Sequence record: SRR20825019_200
DNA: 20,000 bases
Direction: 5' to 3' (one strand)
Shown here: positions 1 to 9,663 of the stretch, piece after piece
Numbering within the stretch: position 1 is the stretch's first letter
Layout: each line of letters starts with the position of its first letter
Notes under the pieces: model-generated
What the model saw: the letters and a program-made list of their open reading frames with translations, nothing else
What the model was told of the DNA's origin: nothing
The model's database searches: none
Position numbers and translations under genes: made by a program

Positions 1-29
1 GCAGGATGTTATGAGTGGGAGAGCAGCTG

Positions 30-2417
30 ATGGCTGAGAACAAACAAGCGATGGGCAATGACCCGCTGGCCTGGCTGGTAGAGCAAGAGGATGTTGATGT
101 GGCCGAGACCGCGGTATCAGAAAAGACTGAAAAAAACCGCAAAAAAACAGTCACCGACACTCAAGAAAAAGCCGAAAAAACCGATACTGAAATGGTAGAA
201 CAGAGCTTCGCGCAACTGGCGGGCCAGGGTGAGCAGTTGGTCAAAGCATTTTATGAGCATCTGTTTGTGCATAACCCGGAACTAAAGCCTCTGTTTGAAG
301 GTGTCTCCACCCCAGGTCAGCAAAAAAAACTGCTGGCAGCCTTAATGCTGCTGGTCAACAACCTGCGTAAACCGGAGATTTTGCAGGACTATCTCAAAGG
401 GCTTGGCAACCGTCATCAAAGCTATGGTGTCAGGGCCGAAGATTACGACAAAGTCAAAGCCAGCTTGTTGTTTGTGATGAGCCGGCTGGCAGGTGATAAC
501 TGGACGGAATCAGTTGAAAACGCCTGGCGTAATACTTTGAATGCGGTCGCTCAGCAGATGCTGGGCGCTTATGATTCGCTGGAGGAATCCGATATGGCAG
601 TCACATCGGTCAAACAAGAAAATGATTTCACAAATGTGATGGCAAAAGCCCTGGATGGCGCTGTCACTGCCATTATGATGGTGGACAGGGATTTCACAAT
701 CACCTACGCCAACCAGTCTACGCTGGATATGCTGGCCGAACATGAAGACACCTTGAGGCACGCCTTTCCCGCCTTCAGCGTAAAAAGTCTGGTCGGTTCC
801 AATATTGATGATTTTCATAAAAATCCAAGGCATCAGCGTCAGTTGTTGAGTGACCCGGGAAACCTGCCTTACACCGCTGATATCAAAGTCGGCCCGTTGG
901 CCTTCAGGCTTAATGTGACCGCCATGTTTGATGATAGCGATGATTACATCGGCAACATGTTGGAGTGGCACAACATTACCGAAGAGAAGCTGCGTAATGC
1001 CGATATTCATGGCCAGTTCGAAGCGATTAATAAAGCGATGGGGGTTATCAGCTTTAATATGGATGGCACCATCGTCGATATTAACGAGAACTTCCTCAAT
1101 GTGGTGGGCTACAGTCGTGATGAGGTGGTCGGTAAGCATCACCGGATGTTTGCTGAATCAGCGCTTGCTAATAGTGCTGCATATTCCGAGTTCTGGGCCA
1201 AGCTCAACCGGGGTGAATTTGACAGTGGTGAATATAAACGGGTGGGCAAAGATGGGCGTGAAATCTGGCTACAGGCCAGTTATAACCCGGTTCTGGATTT
1301 AAACGGCAAGCCCTACAAAGTCGTTAAATACGCCGCGGATATCACTGAACAGAAACAATTACAGATGACCGTGGAATCGGTACTGGAATCAACCGCCGTG
1401 ATAATGAATGCGATGGCTGAGGGTGACCTGACTAAACTGATGGAAGGGGAATACGACGGTGAGTTTGCCCTGTTGCAGCAGGCTATCAACGGTACCGTCA
1501 ACAAGATGTCCTCGGTCGTACAGGACATTACTGAAGCATCGATCAATATCTCTGCGGCTGCCAGTGAAATTTCCCAGGGTAATGTCGATCTGAGTCAGCG
1601 TACCGAAGAGCAGGCCTCTTCGCTGGAAGAGACAGCGTCCAGTATGGAAGAACTGACCAGTACGGTCAGACAGAATTCCGACAATGCCCGTCAGGCCAAT
1701 CAGTTGGCGGTGGATGCGCGTGAAAAAGCGGAAAAAGGAGGGGCGGTCATCCAGAATGCCATTCAGGCAATGGCAGCGATCAGTGCTTCAAGTAAGAAAG
1801 TCGCTGACATTATAGGCGTGATTGACGAAATTGCTTTCCAGACCAACCTGCTGGCACTTAATGCGGCCGTCGAAGCAGCCCGTGCTGGAGAACAGGGCCG
1901 CGGCTTTGCTGTGGTGGCCTCTGAAGTGCGAAATCTGGCACAGCGCTCAGCCGCTGCAGCCAAGGAAATCAAGGAGCTCATCAACGACAGCGGCGAGAAA
2001 GTGAAAGAAGGTTCCGCTCTGGTCGATGAATCCGGCAGAACGCTGGAAGAGATTGTTGAAGGCGCCAAGAAAGTCGGCGATATTATTTCTGAAATTGCCG
2101 CAGCTGGCATCGAGCAGACTTCGGGGATTGAGCAGGTCAATAAAGCCGTCACTCAGATGGATGAGATGACCCAGCAGAATGCGGCGCTGGTGGAACAAGC
2201 GGCGGCCGCCAGTGAGTCGCTCGACGAGCAGGGACAGAGCCTGCAACAGATGATGGCATTCTTTCATACGGGGCAGGAAATGGCACGTCCGCCACAACAG
2301 GCGCCGACTGCTGCCCGTCCCCAGCCTAAACAAAGACCTGCGGCAAGACCGGAGCGTCCCGTGTTTGGACGTCAGGCATTGGCAAAGCAGGATGATGATG
2401 AATGGGATGAGTTTTAG
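30..2417 (+). CDS. Soluble Aer2-like methyl-accepting chemotaxis protein: globin + PAS + PAS + HAMP-like + MCP signalling domain + CheR-tether pentapeptide
   Basis: No transmembrane segment is apparent. Residues numbered from the ORF-track start at 15: globin ~57-186 ([22 protein letters not shown]); PAS1 with [13 protein letters not shown]...LEW; PAS2 with GKHHRMF...FWAKL...[12 protein letters not shown] hairpin [35 protein letters not shown]-terminus DEWDEF. ATG at 30 preferred because GGAGAG lies at 18-23. Confidence 0.93.
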   Translation: MAENKQAMGNDPLAWLVEQEDVDVAETAVSEKTEKNRKKTVTDTQEKAEKTDTEMVEQSFAQLAGQGEQLVKAFYEHLFVHNPELKPLFEGVSTPGQQKKLLAALMLLVNNLRKPEILQDYLKGLGNRHQSYGVRAEDYDKVKASLLFVMSRLAGDNWTESVENAWRNTLNAVAQQMLGAYDSLEESDMAVTSVKQENDFTNVMAKALDGAVTAIMMVDRDFTITYANQSTLDMLAEHEDTLRHAFPAFSVKSLVGSNIDDFHKNPRHQRQLLSDPGNLPYTADIKVGPLAFRLNVTAMFDDSDDYIGNMLEWHNITEEKLRNADIHGQFEAINKAMGVISFNMDGTIVDINENFLNVVGYSRDEVVGKHHRMFAESALANSAAYSEFWAKLNRGEFDSGEYKRVGKDGREIWLQASYNPVLDLNGKPYKVVKYAADITEQKQLQMTVESVLESTAVIMNAMAEGDLTKLMEGEYDGEFALLQQAINGTVNKMSSVVQDITEASINISAAASEISQGNVDLSQRTEEQASSLEETASSMEELTSTVRQNSDNARQANQLAVDAREKAEKGGAVIQNAIQAMAAISASSKKVADIIGVIDEIAFQTNLLALNAAVEAARAGEQGRGFAVVASEVRNLAQRSAAAAKEIKELINDSGEKVKEGSALVDESGRTLEEIVEGAKKVGDIISEIAAAGIEQTSGIEQVNKAVTQMDEMTQQNAALVEQAAAASESLDEQGQSLQQMMAFFHTGQEMARPPQQAPTAARPQPKQRPAARPERPVFGRQALAKQDDDEWDEF

Positions 2418-2454
2418 TTGATAAGCCGGGCAGACGGGGACTGCCCGGTTTCAA
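2418..2454 (+). other. Intergenic stem-loop between the receptor and cheR (mRNA stabiliser or weak terminator)
   Basis: AAGCCGGGCAG (2423-2433) pairs with CTGCCCGGTTT (2441-2451) around a 7-nt loop, flanked by TTGA/TCAA. The U-tract is short. Confidence 0.6.
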
Positions 2455-2466
2455 TACGAAGGAACG

Positions 2467-3306
2467 ATGATGAGCGGTGTGCTCGGGCGCGAATTCACAT
2501 TTTCTGACAGACAGTTCAAACGGCTGCGTGTTTTTGTGGCCCAACAGACCGGTATTGCACTGACAGAAGCAAAAAAAGATATGGTCTACGGCCGTCTGTC
2601 AAAACGCATTCGTGCCAATTTCGACGGTAACTTTCAGGCATTTTGTGATGCCATTGAAAACGGTGATGCGCAGGAACAGGACTTTCTGATTAACGCCATT
2701 ACCACCAACCTGACAGCGTTTTTCCGTGAAGCTCATCATTTTGATTATCTGCGTGGGCGGCTGCTGCCTGATCTGATGCGGCGAAATGCAGCGAGCCGTA
2801 AATTGCGGATCTGGTCTGCCGGTTGCTCAACCGGTGAAGAACCTTACAGCATCGCGATGTGCCTGGCCGCTGAAAAACAGCTGGCAGACTGGGATATTAA
2901 AATTCTGGCGACCGATCTGGATGCCAATGTACTGAAGCATGCCGAAGCGGGTATCTACTCCGAGGACAGGCTCAGCAAATTACCGGAACAGGAACGGCAA
3001 TGGTTTCAGCGCGGCCGGGGCAGTAAGGCCGGTCTGGTCAGGCTGAAGCCGGCGCTGAGGCAGCGAGTGACTTTCAAGCGGCTGAACCTCCTGAACGACT
3101 GGCCGATGCGGGGCCCATTTGACCTGATTTTCTGCCGTAATGTCGTGATCTATTTTGATAAATCGACGCAGACCCGCCTGTTCGATCGTTTTGCTGACTT
3201 ACTGGTGCCGGATGGACAACTGTTTATCGGCCATTCCGAGACACTCTATAAAGTCACTGATCGCTTCACCTCATTGGGAAATACTATCTACAGGCGGACG
3301 TACTGA
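2467..3306 (+). CDS. cheR: Chemotaxis protein-glutamate O-methyltransferase CheR
   Basis: TTNLTAFFREAHHF, RIWSAGCSTGEEPYSIAM, ATDLD, FDLIFCRNVVIYFD and GHSE motifs. Confidence 0.97.
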   Translation: MMSGVLGREFTFSDRQFKRLRVFVAQQTGIALTEAKKDMVYGRLSKRIRANFDGNFQAFCDAIENGDAQEQDFLINAITTNLTAFFREAHHFDYLRGRLLPDLMRRNAASRKLRIWSAGCSTGEEPYSIAMCLAAEKQLADWDIKILATDLDANVLKHAEAGIYSEDRLSKLPEQERQWFQRGRGSKAGLVRLKPALRQRVTFKRLNLLNDWPMRGPFDLIFCRNVVIYFDKSTQTRLFDRFADLLVPDGQLFIGHSETLYKVTDRFTSLGNTIYRRTY

Positions 3307-3929
3307 TGCTGGCACGGTCATTACAGCCCGCACCGCTGCCGGGTTTTGAACATATTAACCGCTACTGGGACCGTCATCATACTTGCTGGGCGGCCAAACT
3401 CCTGCCTGGTGAGTTTTATGTCACCACCGAACCGGATGAAATCATCTGTACTACACTGGGTTCCTGTGTGTCAGCCTGCATTCGCGACCCGCAAGCCGGT
3501 GTGGCGGGAATGAACCACTTTATGTTGCCGAGCAGTTCGGAAGACAATCCCAGTTGGATGAATATGGCGACCCGTTTCGGCAGTGCCGCGATGGAATACC
3601 TGATTAATGAAATGCTCAAGCAGGGTGCCAGCAGGGAAACCATGGAAGTCAAACTGGTGGGTGGCGGCCGCATTATTCGCAGCCTGTATGACGTGGGACT
3701 TCGCAATATCGACTTTGTACTCGAATATGCCCGATTAGAAGGACTCAACGTTCTGGCGAAAGATCTGGGTGATATTTATCCGCGCAAGGTGGTATTTCAT
3801 CCTGACAGCGGCAGCATGCGGGTCAAGCGTTTACGCTCACTGCATAACGACACCCTAATTCAGCGCGAACAGCATTATGTTGCCGAACTGGAAACCCAAC
3901 CGGTGGCCGGCGATGTTGAGTTGTTTTAG
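3306..3929 (+). CDS. cheD: Chemoreceptor glutamine deamidase CheD
   Basis: [35 protein letters not shown] and [10 protein letters not shown] motifs. Start overlaps the cheR stop (TGATG). Confidence 0.96.
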   Translation: MLARSLQPAPLPGFEHINRYWDRHHTCWAAKLLPGEFYVTTEPDEIICTTLGSCVSACIRDPQAGVAGMNHFMLPSSSEDNPSWMNMATRFGSAAMEYLINEMLKQGASRETMEVKLVGGGRIIRSLYDVGLRNIDFVLEYARLEGLNVLAKDLGDIYPRKVVFHPDSGSMRVKRLRSLHNDTLIQREQHYVAELETQPVAGDVELF

Positions 3930-3942
3930 GCAGGGGCCTGTC

Positions 3943-5007
3943 ATGAACCCGCTGAAAGTCATCGTGGTGGATGATTCTGCTTTGGTCAGGCAGCTTTTGA
4001 GTGAGATCCTCAACAGTGATCCGGCTATTGACGTGGTGGCAACGGCTGCAGACCCCTATCAGGCCCGTGAAAAAATCAAGCAATTCAATCCGGATGTGTT
4101 GACGCTGGATGTGGAAATGCCGCGCATGGATGGTGTCACCTTTCTACGCAATCTGATGCGGCTGCGTCCGATGCCGGTAGTGATGGTCTCGACGCTGACC
4201 GAGAAAGGGGCGCAGGTCACGCTGGAAGCCTTGTCTCTGGGCGCTTTTGATTTTGTTGCCAAGCCCAAACTGGATCTGTCGCATACGCTGGAAGACTACG
4301 CCGAAGAGATTATTGCCAAGGTGAAGGCAGCGGCGGCCATGCCGGTTTCTGCATTGACTCCCAGACCCGGCCTGCAGATCGAGCAAAAGCTCACTGCCGA
4401 TGCGATTCTGGCAAAGGCCACAGGCACGACCTTGAAAACCACAGACAAAATTATTGCTATCGGTGCCTCTACCGGTGGTACTGAGGCTATCAAGGAGGTG
4501 CTTTGTGCTTTACCGCCTTCGGCACCGGGTGTGGTGATTACCCAGCATATTCCGGCGGCTTTCAGCGCTGCTTTTGCCAAGCGGGTGAATGGTCTGTCGC
4601 CGATGCAGGTTCGCCAGGCTGAAGACGGTGAGCAGATTCTTGCCGGGCATGTCTATATTGCGCCGGGAGACAAACACCTGCTGGTGGAACGCAGTGGTGC
4701 GCGCTATTACTGCCGGCTCAATGACGGGCCGCCGGTGTCACGTCACAAGCCCTCAGTGGATGTACTGTTCCGTTCTGTTGCTCAGCATGTCGGTCCCAAT
4801 GCCATCGGTGTGATGCTGACAGGGATGGGGGATGATGGCGCACAGGGCATGCTGGAGATGAGACAGGCGGGGGCACAGAACCTGGTACAGGATGAAAAAA
4901 GCAGCATTGTCTGGGGTATGCCCGGTGCCGCTTTTAAGCTGGGTGCGGCAGAAAAAGCGATCAGCTTACAAAAAATCGCTGCAGAAATACTCAAATTGAG
5001 TCGATAA
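3943..5007 (+). CDS. cheB: Chemotaxis response regulator protein-glutamate methylesterase CheB
   Basis: Receiver domain (VVDDS, TLDVEMP) plus methylesterase motifs [19 protein letters not shown] and LTGMGDDG. Start moved to ATG 3943 (AGGGG upstream), which avoids overlap with cheD. Confidence 0.97.
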   Translation: MNPLKVIVVDDSALVRQLLSEILNSDPAIDVVATAADPYQAREKIKQFNPDVLTLDVEMPRMDGVTFLRNLMRLRPMPVVMVSTLTEKGAQVTLEALSLGAFDFVAKPKLDLSHTLEDYAEEIIAKVKAAAAMPVSALTPRPGLQIEQKLTADAILAKATGTTLKTTDKIIAIGASTGGTEAIKEVLCALPPSAPGVVITQHIPAAFSAAFAKRVNGLSPMQVRQAEDGEQILAGHVYIAPGDKHLLVERSGARYYCRLNDGPPVSRHKPSVDVLFRSVAQHVGPNAIGVMLTGMGDDGAQGMLEMRQAGAQNLVQDEKSSIVWGMPGAAFKLGAAEKAISLQKIAAEILKLSR

Positions 5008-5034
5008 AGAAAAGGGATTCAGGGGTAAAAAGAC

Positions 5035-6210
5035 ATGGATACACAAGCATTAAAAGAGGCATTGCCGGCCGCCATGGTGGCACTGTTACTGGCAGCCGTT
5101 GCTTACTGGCTTTCAGACTGGCGTCTGGCATTGCTGTTAATGATATCCAGTCTGGCAGTTTATCTTCTGAAGCAGCCAAAAACCGACTCAGCCATGGCAG
5201 AAACAGATGATAACAGCGAGCAGGAAGCGCTGGCGGAAGTAGCGCAACTGAGCCGTGAAACACTGAGTACGCTGCAGCAGCAAATCAGTCAGATCGTAGA
5301 TGAAAATCGCCAGGTTGCCAGCCTCATCAGCAATGCCATCAGCAAACTGACTGACAGTTTCCAGGGCATGAATGAACAGACCGAATATGAAGACCGCATG
5401 CTGCACAGCCTGATCGATGATGACGATCGGGGGCAGAATTTCGGCGAATTCATAAACGAAACCGAGTCCGTTCTTATTTATCTGGCAGACACCGTGCTCA
5501 AAACCAGTCAGGAAAGTCAGGAGGTGATGAGTAAACTGGAGGCCATGAATAACAAGGTCGACGGTGTGATTTCTTTACTTGATGATGTTAAGGATATTGC
5601 TTCGCAGACTAATCTGCTGGCTTTGAACGCCGCCATTGAAGCCGCTCGTGCCGGTGAGGCCGGCCGTGGCTTTGCCGTGGTTGCCGATGAGGTCAGAAAA
5701 CTGTCGCAGAAATCGGATGCTTTCAGTGATGAAATCAGTGATATTACGATGAGCGTCAAAACCACTTTGCAGGATGCATTGAAAAAGGTCTCGGATGTGG
5801 TGACCGCCGATACCGATATGGCCAGGGACTGCAAAACCAAGGTGGGTGATATTTCAGCACGGATGTTGCAGTTGAATGATAAAACCCAGCAGGTCATTAA
5901 CGGCACCGGCGACGTCAGTCAGTCGATTGCCGATCTGGTTAACCAGGCGGTGACATCATTGCAGTTTGAGGACATGTGCACCCAGTTAAGTCAGCATATT
6001 AATAAACGACTGGATACCATCAATGAACTCGCTGAGATCATCGGGGAATTGCAGCAGGCACAAACGCAGCCCGATAATCTTGAGCAATGCCGCCAGATGC
6101 TGGCCGGCGTTAAGCAACGTGCTGAGAGTCTGCAGCCGAAAATTGCCGCAACGCAACATAAATCGGTGACCCAGCAAAGCCTGGATAGTGGCGATATAGA
6201 ATTATTTTAA
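5035..6210 (+). CDS. Methyl-accepting chemotaxis protein, McpA/CttP-like (two close N-terminal TM segments, no periplasmic sensor)
   Basis: Hydrophobic N-terminal hairpin; [36 protein letters not shown]; then [16 protein letters not shown]-terminus SGDIELF. Confidence 0.88.
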   Translation: MDTQALKEALPAAMVALLLAAVAYWLSDWRLALLLMISSLAVYLLKQPKTDSAMAETDDNSEQEALAEVAQLSRETLSTLQQQISQIVDENRQVASLISNAISKLTDSFQGMNEQTEYEDRMLHSLIDDDDRGQNFGEFINETESVLIYLADTVLKTSQESQEVMSKLEAMNNKVDGVISLLDDVKDIASQTNLLALNAAIEAARAGEAGRGFAVVADEVRKLSQKSDAFSDEISDITMSVKTTLQDALKKVSDVVTADTDMARDCKTKVGDISARMLQLNDKTQQVINGTGDVSQSIADLVNQAVTSLQFEDMCTQLSQHINKRLDTINELAEIIGELQQAQTQPDNLEQCRQMLAGVKQRAESLQPKIAATQHKSVTQQSLDSGDIELF

Positions 6211-6225
6211 TCTGCCTTGTGACAG

Positions 6226-6241
6226 TGGCATAACGATTGCA
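6226..6241 (+). promoter_or_regulatory. sigma54 (RpoN) -24/-12 promoter for fliK
   Basis: TGGCAT-AACGA-TTGCA matches TGGCAC-N5-TTGCW with exact GG-N10-GC spacing, 50 bp upstream of the fliK ATG. Confidence 0.8.
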
Positions 6242-6291
6242 AAAGCTCCTGTGTCAATTAACAGGTGAGCTTGATCTCAGCAGGAGTTTGT

Positions 6292-7713
6292 ATGCCACAA
6301 CCCGTCATGATTCAGACCGAGCCGGTGTCGGCGGTCAGTGCCAGAAAAAACGCCGGTGTCGGCGACAGGGCTGATAAATCAGCATTTTCTTCTGAACTCA
6401 GTCAGCAGATTGAGCAGGGGCAGGCGGCTAATAATCGGGCCCAGTCAGATAAAAACCAGGCGGCAAAGTCGGCGGACCAGGAGCAGAATGTTGCCGCTGA
6501 CGGCAATAAATTGCCGGCCGAGGACGATAAAAAAGCCGTGTCAGAAACTCAGTCCGACTCAGAAACCCGTAAGGAATCTGATACTGGGCAGCAGGCAAAA
6601 AATACTGACTCCGATGCTGAGCCGAAAGAGGCGGAACAGGAAGCTGACGGTTCAAGTGCGGACAGCAGCGAACAGGAAGCCGCAGTGGTTGTCGCACCCG
6701 GGCAATCTGCCGATACCGGCAAAAGTGCTGAGCTCAGTGATAAAAAGGCTGATAAACCAGTTCGGGCCCAGGTCAGTGTGAGCCAGCAGGCTGTGGATAA
6801 TGCCAAAACTACTTCTGTGGAAATGACAGCCAAAGCGCATCCCAAGCAAGCAGAACCGGTGACAGCCGAAACAGCGCCATCTAATACAAAAACCACGCAG
6901 CAGACAGCCACCAAAACTATCAGCGACACCATTGAAAAGCTGAATGGCGAAGAACAGCAGCGTGCGCAGAAAGCGACGCCAAATTTAGCCGCCGCGCTGA
7001 AACAATTATCTGAAGACAATGCTGAGCCGCCCAAAATACGTGCTGATATTATGGATGCTTTACAGCGCCAGCAGAACAAGCCGGAGGTCACCACCAACTT
7101 GCGTAATCTGATGGCGGCGCAGCAGTCTGAAGCCAAACCGGCAGTGACGCTGCCTCCGATCTTAACTGACAAAGCCGCAGCGGATTCCGCCGGCAGTGCT
7201 CTGACGCCAACCAGTCTCACTGGCCTGGTTTCAACCCAGAGCGGTAGTCAGGGTAGCGCAATCAGTCAACCAACCCTGAGCTTGCCGGTTCAGCCGAATA
7301 TGCAAAATCCGGCCTGGTCGCAGGTGATGAGCAGTCGGGTCGTGTGGATGGCAAAAGAAGGTGTGCAGCAAGCAGAACTGCGCATGAATCCCGCCAATCT
7401 GGGCCCGGTTGAAGTTAAATTGCATGTACAAAACGATCAGGCCAGTGTAACTTTTCTTGCCCAGCAGGGAACAACGCGCGAAGCGCTTGAGCAGGCTCTA
7501 CCCAGATTGCGTGAAAGTTTTGCTGAAAGCGGTCTGCAACTGGCCAATGCTGAAGTGGGTGAACAGCAGCATCAGCAGCAGGAGCAATCTGAACAGGCAA
7601 ACGATTCTCATATTTTTGCTCAAGCCAGCCGTCAGGATGACGATATAGATAATGAGACCGTTGAAACGGTCAGCTCAGATGAGGCATCGGTGGGCCTCAG
7701 CTTGTATGCCTGA
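6292..7713 (+). CDS. fliK: Flagellar hook-length control protein FliK
   Basis: Long low-complexity A/S/Q/E/K/T-rich region, then the FliK C-terminal domain ([12 protein letters not shown]...[15 protein letters not shown]...[22 protein letters not shown]) and terminal GLSLYA. AGGAG at 6282-6286 precedes ATG 6292. Confidence 0.9.
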   Translation: MPQPVMIQTEPVSAVSARKNAGVGDRADKSAFSSELSQQIEQGQAANNRAQSDKNQAAKSADQEQNVAADGNKLPAEDDKKAVSETQSDSETRKESDTGQQAKNTDSDAEPKEAEQEADGSSADSSEQEAAVVVAPGQSADTGKSAELSDKKADKPVRAQVSVSQQAVDNAKTTSVEMTAKAHPKQAEPVTAETAPSNTKTTQQTATKTISDTIEKLNGEEQQRAQKATPNLAAALKQLSEDNAEPPKIRADIMDALQRQQNKPEVTTNLRNLMAAQQSEAKPAVTLPPILTDKAAADSAGSALTPTSLTGLVSTQSGSQGSAISQPTLSLPVQPNMQNPAWSQVMSSRVVWMAKEGVQQAELRMNPANLGPVEVKLHVQNDQASVTFLAQQGTTREALEQALPRLRESFAESGLQLANAEVGEQQHQQQEQSEQANDSHIFAQASRQDDDIDNETVETVSSDEASVGLSLYA

Positions 7714-7751
7714 GCCATTACAAAATTAAGTTTTATCCGGGAGAGACGGAC

Positions 7752-8945
7752 GTGTTTAAACTTGAAAACCTTTCATTAAGAAAAAGAATGTACCTGATAG
7801 GTGGCTTCGGTATTCTCGGCCTGCTTGGTCTGGCCGTGCTGGAGTGGTTCATGTTGACCTCTGGGACCAGTGCGACTAATCAGCTTTATGCTGTTTTAGG
7901 TTATGTTGTGGTGGGTAGTGCCGTCATTATGTACCTGGCGCATGTGATCGGCCGCTTTGGTGACCGCAGAGCCACGAATCTGGTTGAAGCGATTCAGAAC
8001 ATTAAGAAAGGCGATCTGACCCAGAAGGTCGTGATCCCCGGTAAAAGTGATTTCAGCTGGATGGCATTTGAGCTTGATAGCGCACGTAAAAATGTTGCCA
8101 ATCTGGTTCATACGCTGGTGGGCGGTGTTTCCCAGCTCAATACGGCCACCCAGAATATGCAGGCCATCAGTAAAGAAACGGTGGATGGCGTGCTGAAGCA
8201 GCAAACCGAGACCACGCAGGTCGCTACCGCGATGAACGAAATGACGGCCTCTGTCCAGGAAGTCGCCCGCACTGCATCCAGTGCAGCGGAAGCGGCACGC
8301 AATGCTGACAGCGAAGCCAAATCCGGTAAGCAGGTGGTCATGGAAACCATGGAAGCGATTGATTCGCTGGCCAACGAAGTGGAAAAAGCGGCTCAGCAGT
8401 TGAGCAGCCTGGAAGCGGATATCGGCAATATCGGTGCGATTGTGGATGTGATTCGCGGTATTACTGAACAAACCAATCTGTTGGCATTGAATGCCGCGAT
8501 TGAAGCGGCCCGCGCCGGTGAGCATGGTCGTGGTTTTGCCGTGGTAGCGGATGAAGTTCGTACCCTGGCAGCCAGAACCCAGTCGTCCACCCATGAAATT
8601 GAAGAAATGGTGGAGCGTCTGCAGCAAGGTGCTCAGGTCGCGGTGAAAGTCATGAACGAAAGTCGTGAACGTGCCCGTGACAGTGTAGAGAAAGCCTCCA
8701 GTGCCGGTGCTGCGCTGGATACCATCACAGCCATGATTTCGACCATGGATGAAATGAGTGCACAGATTTCCAGTGCCGCCAACGAGCAGTCCGCTGTGGC
8801 AGAAGATATTAACCGCGGTATCGTTAATATCAGCCAGGTGGCCGAGCACACCGCAGAGGGCGCACGCGAATCCTCTGTTGCTGTAGAGACACTGAGCAGC
8901 CTGTCATCACAACTGCAGGAAGCGTCAGCCAAATTCAAAGTCTAA
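7752..8945 (+). CDS. Methyl-accepting chemotaxis protein (2 TM, very short periplasmic loop, HAMP, signalling domain)
   Basis: Two hydrophobic segments about 12 aa apart; HAMP-like [50 protein letters not shown] start after GGGAGAG. Confidence 0.92.
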   Translation: MFKLENLSLRKRMYLIGGFGILGLLGLAVLEWFMLTSGTSATNQLYAVLGYVVVGSAVIMYLAHVIGRFGDRRATNLVEAIQNIKKGDLTQKVVIPGKSDFSWMAFELDSARKNVANLVHTLVGGVSQLNTATQNMQAISKETVDGVLKQQTETTQVATAMNEMTASVQEVARTASSAAEAARNADSEAKSGKQVVMETMEAIDSLANEVEKAAQQLSSLEADIGNIGAIVDVIRGITEQTNLLALNAAIEAARAGEHGRGFAVVADEVRTLAARTQSSTHEIEEMVERLQQGAQVAVKVMNESRERARDSVEKASSAGAALDTITAMISTMDEMSAQISSAANEQSAVAEDINRGIVNISQVAEHTAEGARESSVAVETLSSLSSQLQEASAKFKV

Positions 8946-8963
8946 TGCAATCTTAAGCTGCAC

Positions 8964-8990
8964 AAAAAGCCCGCGAAAGCGGGCTTTTTT
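8964..8990 (+). terminator. Rho-independent terminator (potentially bidirectional)
   Basis: AAAAAGCCCGC-GAAA-GCGGGCTTTTTT. Confidence 0.9.
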
Positions 8991-9099
8991 ATGCCTTCTG
9001 ATTAAAAACTTAATTTGTGAACCCTGTCTCAGGGCCTCAGGAACCCTACGCTTTTTACACTCACTAAAGTCCTGCTTGTTGAAACAGGAGAAGACATTT

Positions 9100-9663
9100 A
9101 TGCATAGCGTCAGGATAAGACCGCTTATCGTTCTCAGTTTGCTTATAGCTTTTTTCAGTACCAAATTGCAGTCTGAGGAGGTGCTGGGTTGGGTAGAAAA
9201 AGTTCAATTACAGCCCTGGGGTGTTGAATCCAAAGCCAAACTGGATACCGGGGCGCTGACCTCTTCCATGCATGCTGAGGATATTGAACGTTTCGAAAAA
9301 GACGATGAATCGTGGGTCAGGTTTACTGTTGATCTTGAAGATACCCAGACTGGCGAGCGGATCTCAAAACGGATCGAGCGCCCTGTGTTGCGTGACTTTA
9401 CCGCCGTGGGTGCGGGTGGTCGTGATGAGCGTGCTGTGGTGCTCATGACCATCTGCGTCGGTGATATGCTTTATGAAGAGCAGTTCAGCCTGCGTGACCG
9501 TGACAACATGATTTATCCGATTTTGCTGGGCCGCAGAACTATTCAGCATCTGGGGCCGGTCGATGTGACCCGAACTTTCCTCAGCGAAGCGCAGTGCGAT
9601 GCTGATTCAGAATTAGTGAGCTTTAATAGCACAGATGATGATCCGGATATCGGGGTGAATTGA
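9100..9663 (+). CDS. Exported retropepsin-like protease (RimB / 'putative ATP-dependent zinc protease' family)
   Basis: Signal-peptide-like N-terminus; GWVEKV, AKLDTGALTSS, WVRF, ERAVV, FSLRDRDNMIYPILLGR. AGGAG at 9086-9090 precedes ATG 9100. Confidence 0.85.
   Translation: MHSVRIRPLIVLSLLIAFFSTKLQSEEVLGWVEKVQLQPWGVESKAKLDTGALTSSMHAEDIERFEKDDESWVRFTVDLEDTQTGERISKRIERPVLRDFTAVGAGGRDERAVVLMTICVGDMLYEEQFSLRDRDNMIYPILLGRRTIQHLGPVDVTRTFLSEAQCDADSELVSFNSTDDDPDIGVN

Noticed and set aside
5000-5007. GTCGATAA sigma28 -10-like site before the McpA-like gene
   Set aside because: No TAAA/TCAA -35 element at the required spacing.
7727-7752. TAAGTTTT sigma28 -35-like site before the third MCP
   Set aside because: The matching -10 (GACGGACG) is poor and overlaps the RBS/start codon.
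7896-8849. 317-aa antisense ORF, and similar ones at 510-1142, 6549-7220, 12487-13035, 13054-13734 and 13119-13679
   Set aside because: Shadows of well-supported genes on the opposite strand, explained by codon bias; no motifs of their own.
9019-9048. Short GAACCCT direct repeat and CCCTG/CAGGG hairpin upstream of the protease
   Set aside because: Too short to distinguish from chance.
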